A stretch of DNA of 64,000 nucleotides, from NCBI GenBank assembly GCA_963662545.2, contig CAXXLL010000003.1, forward strand, positions 352,001 to 416,000, written 5' to 3'. This document shows positions 19,193 to 30,300 of this stretch, one piece after another. The notes below the pieces were generated by a model that had not been told where the DNA came from, ran no database searches, and saw nothing but the letters and a program-made list of their open reading frames with translations. The translations under genes were made by a program, and so were the position numbers. Source of the stretch: Gammaproteobacteria bacterium (GTDB lineage: Bacteria; Pseudomonadota; Gammaproteobacteria; Ga0077536). How positions within the stretch are numbered: position 1 is the first letter of the stretch; each line of letters opens with the position of its first letter.

Positions 19193-19606
19193 TTAGGCAC
19201 CGGGGAGGTCCTCTGGAGTGAGAGGTGTAATGCTTTCGGAGAAGTGAATCCAGGCGAAGCGATTCTCGTCGTTAGCAGTGCGGGTGGGAAATGGTAGGGG
19301 ATCCTCCGCGAAACACCCACCAGCAACGCCGATCACTCCCTTAAGAGTTTCTGCGTGCCAAAATAATGTTGTCCCGCAGTTACTACAAAAATAGCGCGAT
19401 TGCTTTCCAAACTGGCTATCGAGTTTATAGGCTTTGGTTGAGTCTTTAACCACTCGCACGTTTTCAGTTGGAAAATATGCCGAGTAACCAAAACCACTTC
19501 CCGTTCTCTTTTTACAATTGTTGCAGTGGCATAAAGCATTGAGCGCGGGGTCACCGGAAACCTCGATTACAGTTCCGCCGCAGCAGCATTTTCCTAGGCG
19601 CGTCAT
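19193..19606 (-). CDS. GFA (CENP-V/Mss4-like) family protein, integron-type cassette
   Basis: GKCCCG, CHCNNCKKRTG, FCSNCGT; stop codon lies within GCCTAAC, with matching GTTAGGC upstream. Confidence 0.9.
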   Translation of the reverse strand: MTRLGKCCCGGTVIEVSGDPALNALCHCNNCKKRTGSGFGYSAYFPTENVRVVKDSTKAYKLDSQFGKQSRYFCSNCGTTLFWHAETLKGVIGVAGGCFAEDPLPFPTRTANDENRFAWIHFSESITPLTPEDLPGA

Positions 19607-19631
19607 GAGCGGTCTCCCATTTTGTTTCGGT

Positions 19632-19726
19632 GCCTAACGCTGAGTTGAGCGGCACTTGACAGCGACCGACCGAAGCGGAAGCGCAGGGAGGTCGCGGTCA
19701 AGTGTCCGCTCGAACGATTTATAGCA
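19632..19726 (-). other. attC site (inverse core degenerate)
   Basis: Long imperfect dyad gagcggcacttgacagcgacc...ggtcgcggtcaagtgtccgctc ending in GTTAGGC on the minus strand. Confidence 0.8.
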
Positions 19727-19741
19727 GGCACCGCGTACTCC

Positions 19742-20272
19742 CTATTCAACATTTTCTCTGGCGGTATTTGGCTTGATCGCTAAGCCGCGAACCGGATTAA
19801 GCAATAGGTATTCTTGCAAAGTGGTGTGCACAGCCTCAATCGTTTTCTCGGCGTTTTCAAACGCATTTGAAAGTATCTGGATTTTTTCTATGGGATATAG
19901 AACATCGAATAGTTTGTCGATATTTTCGTGCAACGGATCACGGCTCACGATATCCTGGACCAGAAGCTCTAAAACTTTCAGCGCAGCCGCTTCGATCGTG
20001 TCACGTTCGGTCTCAATTACTGAGTCAGACCTATACACTGATTTAAGCCATTCGTGTAGCGACTCTAGCTCGCGAACCGAACCACTCTTTGATTTCGATA
20101 CAAGAGTCCCTGGGCCTTCGGGGCAGAACTTTTCGTTTCCCTGGTACATGGCGATCGCGAATAACGCTAAATCAACACGATCGTTCTTGGAGTAGATGTA
20201 GTGTCCGCGGGCTAGATTGCGGCGTTCAGATTTCGCGCTGCCGCCAAAGAACTTTGATATAACTTGTCGCAT
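19742..20272 (-). CDS. Hypothetical protein, integron-type cassette
   Basis: 176-aa AT-rich ORF between core site GTTAGCA (20291-20297) and the attC at 19632-19726. Confidence 0.7.
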   Translation of the reverse strand: MRQVISKFFGGSAKSERRNLARGHYIYSKNDRVDLALFAIAMYQGNEKFCPEGPGTLVSKSKSGSVRELESLHEWLKSVYRSDSVIETERDTIEAAALKVLELLVQDIVSRDPLHENIDKLFDVLYPIEKIQILSNAFENAEKTIEAVHTTLQEYLLLNPVRGLAIKPNTARENVE

Positions 20273-20478
20273 GCCGAGACTTTAGGTGACTGCTAACAGG
20301 TAATAAACGGGCAAAAGTGCCCTGTTATGCATAAAACATAGTGCATCATATTTTGGGGTCTTTCTGTTTGATCTGACGGCATATTCTCATTCAAATCGCA
20401 GCGACAGGATATTAATAATAGGGGCACATCCCATCGGGCGCGAATCTCATGTGTGCGGCTCCGAAATTCGGGTGGGCG

Positions 20479-20623
20479 ATGGCTGCTTTTGGCCGACTGC
20501 CGTCGTCATCCGTTAACACGTCAATGAACGCTACTCGACGACCGCTTACGAGCGCATTGCAGACACAAGGTAGAGCGGTGCTGCACTGCCGCGATTTGGC
20601 TGTTGACGACCCATAGCGGACTT
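20479..20623 (+). repeat. Tripartite palindromic repeat, copy F
   Basis: atggctgcttt-tggccg-actgccgtcgt ... ttggctgttga-cgaccc-atagcggactt. Confidence 0.9.
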
Positions 20624-20634
20624 GTTGCGCCGCA

Positions 20635-21132
20635 TTATCGTGTGCTGGATTGTGTAGACCGAAGCGGCTCAGCTTGGGCGATGATATCGTCTACTACTGC
20701 TCGAATATTTGGAGTATATAGCTCGCGCAACCCAGCCCACTCCTTGCGAACGCCAGGGCTCGTAACTAGTACCGAGGCGTAGCCTCTCACCCATGCTTTC
20801 CAGATCTCTTCATTTAGAAGCCCAGCTTCATAATTAAATCGTGCGCTTTGAAACACGTTGAACATGGAAAGACAGTAGAACGAGTACTGCTTTCGTTCAG
20901 CCGCCGTCATTTCATCGTACGCCTCATCAGCCCGGACCAATAATTCGGCGACTTGCGGATTACCGCCGACCAAATCCATTGCGGCGATTTGATTCGACAC
21001 CAGGTCTTGATGAGTCGAAACCTTGAGCGCAGAGGTATTCTGACGAACTTGAAATGCCAGATATATGAGAGTGATTATTACTCCTGACGCGGCCACTACT
21101 TCTGCTATCACACCTATGGCGGCCCAGTTCAT
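20635..21132 (-). CDS. Uncharacterised membrane-anchored protein, 'MNW' paralog 1
   Basis: MNWAAIGVIAEVVAASGVIITLIYLAFQVRQN...SPGVRKEW. Confidence 0.8.
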   Translation of the reverse strand: MNWAAIGVIAEVVAASGVIITLIYLAFQVRQNTSALKVSTHQDLVSNQIAAMDLVGGNPQVAELLVRADEAYDEMTAAERKQYSFYCLSMFNVFQSARFNYEAGLLNEEIWKAWVRGYASVLVTSPGVRKEWAGLRELYTPNIRAVVDDIIAQAEPLRSTQSSTR

Positions 21133-21191
21133 GCGTTCTGCCTCGACATCCGATCGAACGCGCAGCATACCTGTGTGAACTAGGGCGGGGA

Positions 21192-21468
21192 ATGCCCGCA
21201 CCTAGCCGTGAGCCGAAATCACCCGCAGTTGCACTTTCAAAGCGACCGGGATGGCCGCTTACGAGCGCATTGCAGACGTAACAACGCCACGTCGATCACT
21301 CCTTTATCTCCTGCCCGATCATCGAGCAGGTCAGTGTCTAGGCGTGGGTCATTTTTCGGTGCAAATATCCCCTTCAGGTGGGTCAGTTTTCAGTGCAAAT
21401 CAACAGACGTAACTATTACCAGTGCTGCACCGCCGCGATTGGGCGGCTGACGATGCTAAAGAGTCAAG
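21192..21468 (+). repeat. Tripartite palindromic repeat, copy G, interrupted by an IS21-like end remnant (~21282-21405)
   Basis: GACGTAAC is duplicated either side of an insert ending GTGGGTCAGTTTTCAGTGCAAATCAACA. Confidence 0.75.
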
Positions 21469-21682
21469 TGTCGTCGATCCGGAAAAGCACAAGGATTACT
21501 TTTCACGGTCGGGGCGGAAAACCTGAATACGAGAAATCGCGATTGTTGAGGGCCGTTTGACAGACAGCCTTACTCGTTGTTACTTGCGAATGATGCGGGC
21601 GCTCGACTAAGCTATCTAACGGATGATCATTGAAAAAACATCCGAATAACCAAAAATTACTTTATCAAGGGAGATAATTACC

Positions 21683-23611
21683 ATGCCCACACCGAATCTG
21701 CCAGTATGAACAGGACACTTTCTAGAAATAGTTTATTGTAGAAAGTGAGTCCATCAAATGTTACAGAACAATCATTCAATGATCGAAGAGAAACCGGGGT
21801 CAAGCGACGAAACGCCTGATCCACAGGTCAAATCGAAGACGATTCGACGCGCCTTTACGACCGCCTACAAGCTGTCGATCCTAGAGCAGGCCGATCAGTG
21901 CCAGGGGCATGGTGAGGTCGGTGCGCTACTGCGCCGAGAAGGACTATATTCGTCCCACTTGAGCACCTGGCGTCGGTTACGGCGTGAGGGAACGCTGCAG
22001 GCGCTCAAGAACAACAAGCGCGGGCCCAGACCAACGCTGGACCCGGTAGATCGGCGCGTGCTCGAGCAGCTGCGTCGTCGTAATGCGAAGTTGGAGCACG
22101 AACTTGAGAAGGCCCGCACTATCATTGATGTTCAAAAAAAACTCTCGTCCATCCTGGCGGCGATGCCCGACGACAAGGAGTCGTCATGAACGCGGTCACA
22201 GCGCTGGGTGGATCCGTGGGCACACGAGGCGCCTGCGCGGCACTCAATGTGCATCGGTCACGGTACTACCGTTTTCGACGTCCCAAGCTTGCCACGCGGC
22301 GAGCGCCACCGCCATTGAAACTCAGTGAGGGCGAACGCCAGCACATCCATGAGGTTTTGGTCTCGCCAGCATTCGTCGATCAAACACCGGCCACCGTGGT
22401 GGCTAATCTACTCGATGACGGCACCTATCTGTGCTCAGCGCGAACGATGTATCGGATCTTGCATGAGCATCAGCAGGTGCGAGAGCGGCGTCGTGGACAC
22501 CGCCGGGTGCACTACGCGAAGCCGGAGTTGGTCGCCAGGGTACCGAACCAATGCTGGTCGTGGGACATCACCAAACTCAAGGGGCCGGTTACGTGGCAGT
22601 ATTTCTACCTATACGTCATCCTGGACCTGTACAGCCGCTACGTGGTGGGCTGGATGGTGGCTGAACGTGAAGCGGCGGTGCTGGCCAAACGGCTGATCAC
22701 TGAGATCTGCGCGAAACAGGACATCGTCGAAGGCCAGTTGACGTTGCACGCCGACCGCGGCTCATCTATGAAGTCGAAGTTGGTCGCTCAACTGCTGGTG
22801 GATCTCGGCGTGATCAAGTCTCACTCGCGGCCGCATACCAGTGATGATAATCCGTTCTCCTAGGCGCAATTCAAAACGCTCAAATATCGACCGGGGTTCC
22901 CAGGACGGTTCCCCCACATCGGTGCTGCCGCAAGACACAGTCAGTCCTTCTTCAATTGGTACAACCTCGAGCACAAGCACTCCGGTATCACGATGTTGAC
23001 GCCGCACGCCGTTCATTACGGTCTTGCCGACGGCATACTGGCAGGGCGCCAGCAGGCCCTAAACCAAGCGTTCGCGGCCCATCCCGAGCGCTTCAAATAT
23101 GCCGCACCCACGGTCACGCCGCTGCCGACGGCCGTATGGATCAATCCGCCAGTTCAAACCAAAAAGGAGAGCCGCTGCCAATCAGAATAGACATTGAACT
23201 TCGAAACCATGTGTCCTATTTTCATTGACAGGTTCCGCAGGAAAAGAAGTCGGAGCGTTCACGACCACGTCTACATCGATTACCAAAGGCGTCGACGCGG
23301 CGGGAAATCACACGTTCGTATTGAATGTAGAGGGCTCTGTGACAGGGGGATGGTCCGGCACCGTACTCGGTACGCTGATTGCCACGACCGCTGACTTTCA
23401 GACTGGCAGCTATACCGCAGATTTTGCGGCGTACCTGGAAGACGGCAGTGTGGTGACGGGAAGCGGCGGCGGGACATTTGGCTCAACAGGCGGGCACCAG
23501 TGGCAGCTGAATGGAACGGCACTGCTCTCCGATGGATCGCGGGTGGCCACTGAGGGCATCCTAGAACTCGCAAACCGCACCTACAATGGGAAGATGTTTA
23601 AAATTAGCTAA
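21683..23611 (+). pseudogene. Hypothetical beta-rich protein split by an IS3-family element
   Basis: GGAGA RBS plus ATGCCCACA (21683-21691) joins GGAAAAGAA (23240) to give MPTGKEVGAFTTT... Confidence 0.8.
21692..23237 (+). mobile_element. IS3-family element; orfA 21758-22189, orfB 22186-23190 with in-frame TAG at 22861
   Basis: IRs ccgaatctgccagtatgaacaggacac / gtgtcctattttcattgacaggttccg; WSWDITKL, LHADRGS, DNPFS*AQFKTLK; apparent 2-bp TSD CA. Confidence 0.9.
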
Positions 23612-23634
23612 GTTCTTCGCCGGCCAAAGATATA

Positions 23635-23661
23635 GAAGCCCGCTTCGGCGGGTTTCTTTTT
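23635..23661 (+). terminator. Rho-independent terminator
   Basis: agaagcccgc-ttcg-gcgggtttct followed by a T-run; nearly the same as 4282-4309. Confidence 0.8.
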
Positions 23662-23672
23662 GAGTGCTCACC

Positions 23673-23981
23673 ATGGCCGCTCATGGCCGACTGCAGCCGT
23701 GCCCTCTCGACTCGATGCTTGAAGCTACTCGACGACCGCTATGGAGGGGATTGCAGACGTAATCTTTAGCGGTGCTGCACTGCGGCGAGGGGGCCGCTCA
23801 CGACCCAGACTGTGTGAAAACTATTTTCATTTTTCAAAAGTGGGGGAACTACCCTCGAAATTGGATCTAATTGAAATGCCGATCCCTATTCGAGGGGCAT
23901 AACAACTATGCTGGTGGGGAATATTTTTATTTCGTCGTCGTATTTTTGAGTTTTCACACAGTCTGGACCCGAAGCGGACAT
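23673..23981 (+). repeat. Tripartite palindromic repeat, copy H (MITE inside unit 3)
   Basis: atggccgctca-tggccg-actgcagccgt ... ggccgctca-cgacc[MITE]c-gaagcggacat. Confidence 0.9.
23806..23965. mobile_element. 160-bp MITE, copy 2, TSD GACC
   Basis: Near-identical to 18970-19129. Confidence 0.85.
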
Positions 23982-24045
23982 CAGAGGTAGCAAGGTGAGG
24001 GCGCGGTCAAGTGCCTAAATTGACGCTTTGTAGACTCATTTTCCG

Positions 24046-24537
24046 TTACGAATTTCCTGAACTCCCCAACCACGGATAGTTTGAATCGACGTTTCTATAT
24101 TCTTCAAGTTCAGAAAGAATTGCCGGCGTCGTTGTAACGGTGTCCCATAGCCATCTTCCGCCAGGTGAGTTCAACATGGCCGCCATGGGTTTTGTATACA
24201 TTAACCATTCGTCATCCGACAGGACACCTGCGCTGTGATACTTCTTGAGAGCCGTGTATTGGTTTAGATATGACTGCACTAGCATTGAGATTTGTACGCG
24301 GCCAATCTCATCCAATTTTTCAGGCTCAGCCATGCCTGACACCCATAGTTTCGTGACCGCCGGGTCGTCGATGATGTGAGTGTTAATTGCGTTAAAACCC
24401 GTCGCCAACGCATCCAGGGACGAAGACTCTGTTGCACGTCGGTTATTTCGGACCTCAATTGCCAAAAATATCAACGTAACTACGATGGCAAGTGCGCCTA
24501 TAACTTCAGAGATTCCGATAATTAACTGCCAGTTCAC
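24046..24537 (-). CDS. 'MNW' paralog 2
   Basis: (V)NWQLIIGISEVIGALAIVVTLIFLAIEVRNN...SPGGRWLW; GGAGG RBS. Confidence 0.8.
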   Translation of the reverse strand: MNWQLIIGISEVIGALAIVVTLIFLAIEVRNNRRATESSSLDALATGFNAINTHIIDDPAVTKLWVSGMAEPEKLDEIGRVQISMLVQSYLNQYTALKKYHSAGVLSDDEWLMYTKPMAAMLNSPGGRWLWDTVTTTPAILSELEEYRNVDSNYPWLGSSGNS

Positions 24538-24598
24538 TTTTTACCTCCCCCTATCTATGCCGCGAATCGATAGCATATTCTGAAGGCTTAAAAGAGGC

Positions 24599-24906
24599 AT
24601 GTCCGCGCGTAGCTGAGGCCGAAGTCACCTGCAGTGATGCTCTCTATAAGAAGGACGCGACCGCTTACGAGCGCATTACAGACGTAACGTATAGCAGTGC
24701 TGCACTGCCGCGATATGGCGGCTGACGACCCAGACTGTGTGAAAACTATTTTCATTTTTCAAAAGTGGGGGAACTACCCTCGAAATTGGATCTAATTGAA
24801 ATGCCGATCCCTATTCGAGGGGCATAACAACTATGCTGGTGGGGAATATTTTTATTTCGTCGTCGTATTTTTGAGTTTTCACACAGTCTGGACCCATTGC
24901 AGCCAT
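24599..24906 (+). repeat. Tripartite palindromic repeat, copy I (MITE inside unit 3)
   Basis: gaccgcttacgagcgcattacagacgt...ggcggctga-cgacc[MITE]c-attgcagccat. Confidence 0.9.
24731..24890. mobile_element. 160-bp MITE, copy 3, TSD GACC
   Basis: Near-identical to the other two copies. Confidence 0.85.
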
Positions 24907-24993
24907 TATCGTAGTCACCAGACTGCGCTCTTTGTACGGTCACCCTACGCGTCGATATGCTATCCCAAGCAACTCATCAAGAAGGGGGACATC

Positions 24994-27116
24994 ATGGAAT
25001 CAATAAATTGGGATGCCGTTTCAGCGTCTGCGGAAGTAATCGGAGTTGTCGCAGTGCTTGCTTCGATACTCTATCTAGCGCGTCAGGTCACACAAGGAAA
25101 CAAGCTTAACCAAGCGGATTCCGTTCGAGCATTTCTCGGCCAGTACAACGCATTTTTATATGAAGTAAAAGCGCCCGGAATGACTGAGATTTGGCGGCGC
25201 GGCTTAGCTGATTTTCAATCGCTTTCTGCCGATGAAAAATCAAGATTACATCTCGTTTTGCTAGCCTGCAAATTGCACCAATAGAAACGGCGGTCCTGTA
25301 GTTTCCTATATAATTCAAAGTGCTAACAACGAATAAAGGAAGGGACCGCCGTGACGAAATGTTACCAGAGATCGTTCGAATTTCCACGTGTTAATCGCCG
25401 CATTGTCGAAGCCAGATTCGACGGTGGCGACATCACTTCCGATGGTGGCGTGTTGCTATTGCGGCAGGCAGATCGGTTAACGGGTTTGAGTGATTCGATT
25501 GCGCGGGCGCTGTCGGATCCCCGCCGTCAGGCGAGTTGCGATCATGATGTGCCGGGTCTGGTTCGGCAACGCCTGTATGCGATTGCGCTGGGCTATGAAG
25601 ACCTGAACGACCATGACGGATTGCGTCAAGACGTGGCACTGCAGACAGCAGTGGAACGTGATCAATGGTTGGCCAGTGCATCGACCTTATGCCGTTTTGA
25701 GAACCGGGCTGATCGGGAGACTGCCTGGCGGTTGCACGAAGTGCTGCTCGATCAGTTCATCGCCTCGTTCAAGCGTGCACCGAAAAAGTTGATACTGGAC
25801 TTCGATGCGACCGATGACCCGGTACACGGTGAACAGGACGGTCGCTTCTTTCACGGCTATTACCGGCACTACTGTTTTCTGCCACTGTATGTATTCTGCG
25901 GTCATCAGTTGCTGGTGAGCTATCTTCGTCCGAGCAACATCGATGGTGCCAAACACAGCTGGGCGATTTTGTCGTTGTTGGTCAAAAGACTGCGGCAAGT
26001 GTGGCCAAAGGTGCGGATCATCTTCCGCGGTGACGGTGGCTTTTGCCGCTGGAAGATGCTGCGCTGGTGTGATCATCACGAGGTCGGCTACATCATCGGA
26101 CTGGCTAAGAATAAGTGCTTGAACCGGCTCACGGCATCCTTGCAGGATGAGGCCGCGGCGTGCTTTGCCGCCACCGGACATAAAGTGCGCTGGTTCACCG
26201 ATTTCCAATACGCTGCCCGCAGCTGGGATGGTGCGCGTCGCGTGATCGCCAAGATCGAGCACTCGCAGCACGGTGTCAATCCGCGTTATGTGGTGACCAA
26301 CCTTGAAGGCGATGCCAAGCAGCTGTACGACAAGCTTTACTGTGCCCGCGGTGACATGGAAAACCGCATCAAGGAAAACCAACTGGATATGTTCGGCGAT
26401 CGCACCTCCTGTCAACACTGGTGGCCGAATCAGTTCCGATTGTTACTCGCCTCGCTGGCCTACACCCTGATCGAGGCGATCCGGCGGATCGCATTGAAAG
26501 GTACCGAGCTGGCCAACGCTTATGTCGGTACCATCCGTTTAAAGCTGTTCAAGATCGGTGCCGTGATCCTGAAAAATACGCGCCGTATCCGTTTCCTTTT
26601 GGCCAGCGGTTGTCCTTACAAGGAACTCTACTTCCTGGCCGCGAATCGACTCGCACCCGGATAAACCCGAAACGATTAAAGCATTCGCGTGTTGAAAACA
26701 CGCATGGATACCTTTGCCTGAAAAACGACTTCTCAGCAAAAATTACTGCGGTAACGTCCTTGCCACTCGGGAATGAGTAGACCAGCCCCTGCAATCGCCG
26801 ATGACAATCGATTGAACGGCCAACTTGCCAACAAAACCGCCTAAATTTATTCACTCATGCAATATGCAGGCTAGGTCACTTCATGTTGGGTCAGGCGCAA
26901 AGAATGGTCGATCCAGAAGGGGCAGAGGAGATTTCCAAAACCATCGATTATTTCATCGCGGTTACGGTGAAGCAGGGCGGCTTTCAGCAATGGTGGGATA
27001 CTTTCAAGAAAATCTTGCCCGATGAAGAGTACGTTAAACGGATAGATGACTTGCCTGCGGCTCAGGGAGTAATTTGGGCGGAAGCTATGCCATGGTTCTC
27101 ACAGGACAGCACGTAA
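24994..27116 (+). pseudogene. 'MNW' paralog 3 split by IS1380
   Basis: MESINWDAVSASAEVIGVVAVLASILYLARQV...HLVLL joins in frame to GHFMLGQ...QGGFQQWW after removing the IS and one CTAG. Confidence 0.85.
25265..26870 (+). mobile_element. IS1380-family element, transposase 25351-26664, TSD CTAG
   Basis: FDGGDITSDGG, LDFDATDDP.HG.Q, RGDMENRIKE; IRs CCTGCAAATTGCA / TGCAATATGCAGG. Confidence 0.95.
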
Positions 27117-27161
27117 GCGGATGAAGATTTCGCCAAATACTCCAGCCTGCTGAGAATCCGG

Positions 27162-27306
27162 ACGACCGCTCATGGCCACGAGCCCAAGTCAGGCTTCCAC
27201 GTAGCGCGTTAAGCAGTTTGACGACCGCTTCCGGGGGTATTGCAGACGAACTCCTTAGTAGTGCTGCGCTACCGCGATCAGGCCGTTAACGACCCACAGC
27301 GGACGT
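27162..27306 (+). repeat. Tripartite palindromic repeat, copy J
   Basis: acgaccgctca-tggcca... gaccgcttccgggggtattgcagacg ... caggccgttaa-cgaccc-acagcggacgt. Confidence 0.9.
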
Positions 27307-27323
27307 CCGCAAATACGGAACTT

Positions 27324-30300
27324 CTACCCCAACTCCTCCAACAATCCCTTCGCTTCTTGCAGATCTTTGGTGTCAAAGCCTTCAGTGAACCAGTTGTAAA
27401 TTTCGGAGAGTAACTGGTGAGCTTCGGTTTGCTTCCCCTGCTGTTGCCACAGACGGGCGAGACTTGTGGAGCCGCGGAGTTCCCAGGATTTGGCGCTTTG
27501 CTCCCTGGCGATTTCCAGGGCTTTCTCGAAGCAGGTTTCGGCTTCGGGCTGGACGGCCGAGGTGGGATGCTCTCCACCTGACTGCAAGGTCATCTCGCCC
27601 TTGAGACGATAGAGTTCGGCCGCGCACCATATTTCATCGCGTCTTGTACTCATTTCAAGTGCTTCATCCAAGACGATCAAAGCCTCATCGGTTTGGCCTG
27701 CCTTGCTGTGTAACCGGTCAAACGGCGGCGTCTGGTAATTGATCTCGTGTTGCGGTAACGACGGCCAAGTTAGAACGCAGCGGTTGGGTAGCGAACAATG
27801 TCTTCCACACCCGAGGCGTGAGTTGTTCCACTGCGCTATCCGGATGGATCGCGATCCTCTGGAGTACATCAACCAGGTAGGTGTACGGATTAATGCCGTG
27901 TATTCGGCAAGTACAGATCAAACTTTGTATGATCCCAACGTGTTCAGCGCCCACCTCAGTCCAACAGAACATCCAATTCTTTCGGCCCATCGGAATGGGT
28001 CTCAGAGCGCGCTCTAAATGATTCGTGTCGATCGCGACGCTCGCATCCGATAAGTAAACACGTAACGCGCCCTCACGCTCGGCTGCATAGGCCAGCGCCT
28101 TCGTAAACGGCTGACTCGGTAATAAACCCATGCACTGGCGTTGCTCGTCAAGCCAGGCAAAAAATGCATCAACCGCAGGCAAGGCGTACCGGCTGCGGTA
28201 GGTCTGGGTCGCCGCTTCATCCATTGCCTGGTCACGGATGGTGGCCTCAACGGCATACAGTGCCGCGATCAAATCAAGTGCCTGCGCCGCACTTTGTGGC
28301 CTATCGGATAATGCCCTTTCGAACTGACGACGCGTGTGCGCCCAGCATTGCGCATGCACGACTTCATCGCCGCGATCGGCGGCAAAACGCGCATAAGCCG
28401 CGGCGCCATCGGTTAGTAAGGTGCCTTTAAAGTCCACCAACGTTTTGTCGATGTGCGACCGCGCCTTGGTTCGCGCAAACGTGAACGCAATCTCATCCGC
28501 TTCGCCATAAATTGGCCAATACCACGCCGCGTTCATCTTGCCCTTGCCCGAGCGACCCGCCTTAATCGGCGTTTCATCCATCGCCAGCGTCTTCGATAAC
28601 AAGATATGCCGCAACTGCGCCAGATAAATCGGCTTCAACAGGTCACTTGCCTTCTGCACCCAGTGCGTCAGACTCGACCGCGCCACGGTAATGCCGTTCA
28701 GCCCCATTCGTTGATGTTGACGGTACAGCGGCAGGTGATAAGCGAACTTATCAACCAGCATCCCCGCAACCACACTCACATCCGCCAATGAGCCGGACCA
28801 CAGACCATCGGGCGCCGGGATCGTGAAGATCTGACCGTCGCTTTTGCGCTTCACTACCGGTTGGATGTACTTCAAGACCACATAGGCCGCCGGCCGTTGC
28901 GCTAAACGATAGGTGATCTTTTCACTGCTCGCTTCAAACGCATCCGCGACATCTTCAGGTACCGACAATTGGATGCATTCAATCGGCACCGAGTCATCGA
29001 AACGTAACCCTTGATCAGTCACACAATCATCGCCACGGCGCTTTCCTTTGCGCCGCTGATAAGTGATCGTTTCTTTCTCAACCGCCGCCGTCGATGACGA
29101 CTCATCCTCGAAGCCATTGAGTAACCGTTGATCGGGATTGGGATCAATCAGCCGCCGTTCAGACTTGCGACCGAACAGTTGGCGTTTGAACCAGTCGAGT
29201 TGTTGGGTGAGTGTGGCGACCTGCGTTTTGAGGGCTGTGTTTTCCGCTTGTAACACCGCCGCATCAAGTGATATTTCCGGCGTTGCATAACCCCCATTCA
29301 TGGGTACGTATTGTACCGTTTACACTGCTGACCGTCGATCGTTTTCCGGTAATCGAAACCGTTTTAATCGACGCACTGAGCGTAGATCGATCCCTTCAAT
29401 AATGCACTGCCATTCGCTGCGTTGCAGCCGCTGTTTGACCTCGCTATTCCACCGAACCTGGAACTGACCGCGTTCGAGTTTCTTACTCCACAGACAATAT
29501 CCGTCCGACTCAAAGTACAGCGCTTTTAATAACGTACGCCGGCGATTGACGAAAACGTACAGTGCCCCATCGAGGGGCTCCTCGTGTAACGCCTGCCGCA
29601 CCAACGCCGATAAACCATGGAACGATTGACGCATATCAGTCGGTGCCCGACATAACCATATACGCAAACCCGATGGGGGCGACCACATCAGTGCCGTGAC
29701 ACACGTAGCACGATGTCATCACCGAGCGCTAACTCGATATCCCATTGTGCATTGGTTAATGGTTGTAACGGGGCCAACTCGACGAAACGTGTTTCCGCCT
29801 TCCCTATCTGAGCGTCCCTCGCTGACCTCGACTTCCTTTTACTGAACGTCGAATATCCAATTCCTCGCTCAGCACAGAATGCGCGGATCGATGAACCGCT
29901 TTGTGCCTGCTCCGCTAATAGGCCACGCCACTCATCCGCACTACGTCGTTTGTTCCGAGGTTTTCCGTGATCATTCATTTACCAAGCTCCCGATTGACTG
30001 GGAAACCTGGCAAACTAAACCATCTGCCCGAGACCGTGAATAACGGCCTGGATTGACCGGTTACCTTGCTGTGTATCTCGGCCGTTAAGGCGAGATAGTG
30101 TGGCCTATAGGCCCCGACTCCGGAGCTACGAAGGCTCGCCACCGCCTCACCAGCGTCGCTTATTTGATCTTTCCGATAGCATTGCCCAGCCGAAGCCGTG
30201 CAATGCAAGATAGTTCCCCATGCCCAGGTTATCGTGAAGCCTTGGTCGTGCGATAGCGTAGCGGCGTCTTGTGCGTGCTCGCATGTCGCCGGCAGTTCAC

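Noticed and set aside
24796-24993. N-terminal extension of the ORF listed at 24796
   Set aside because: It reads through the MITE and repeat I; the RBS-supported start is 24994.
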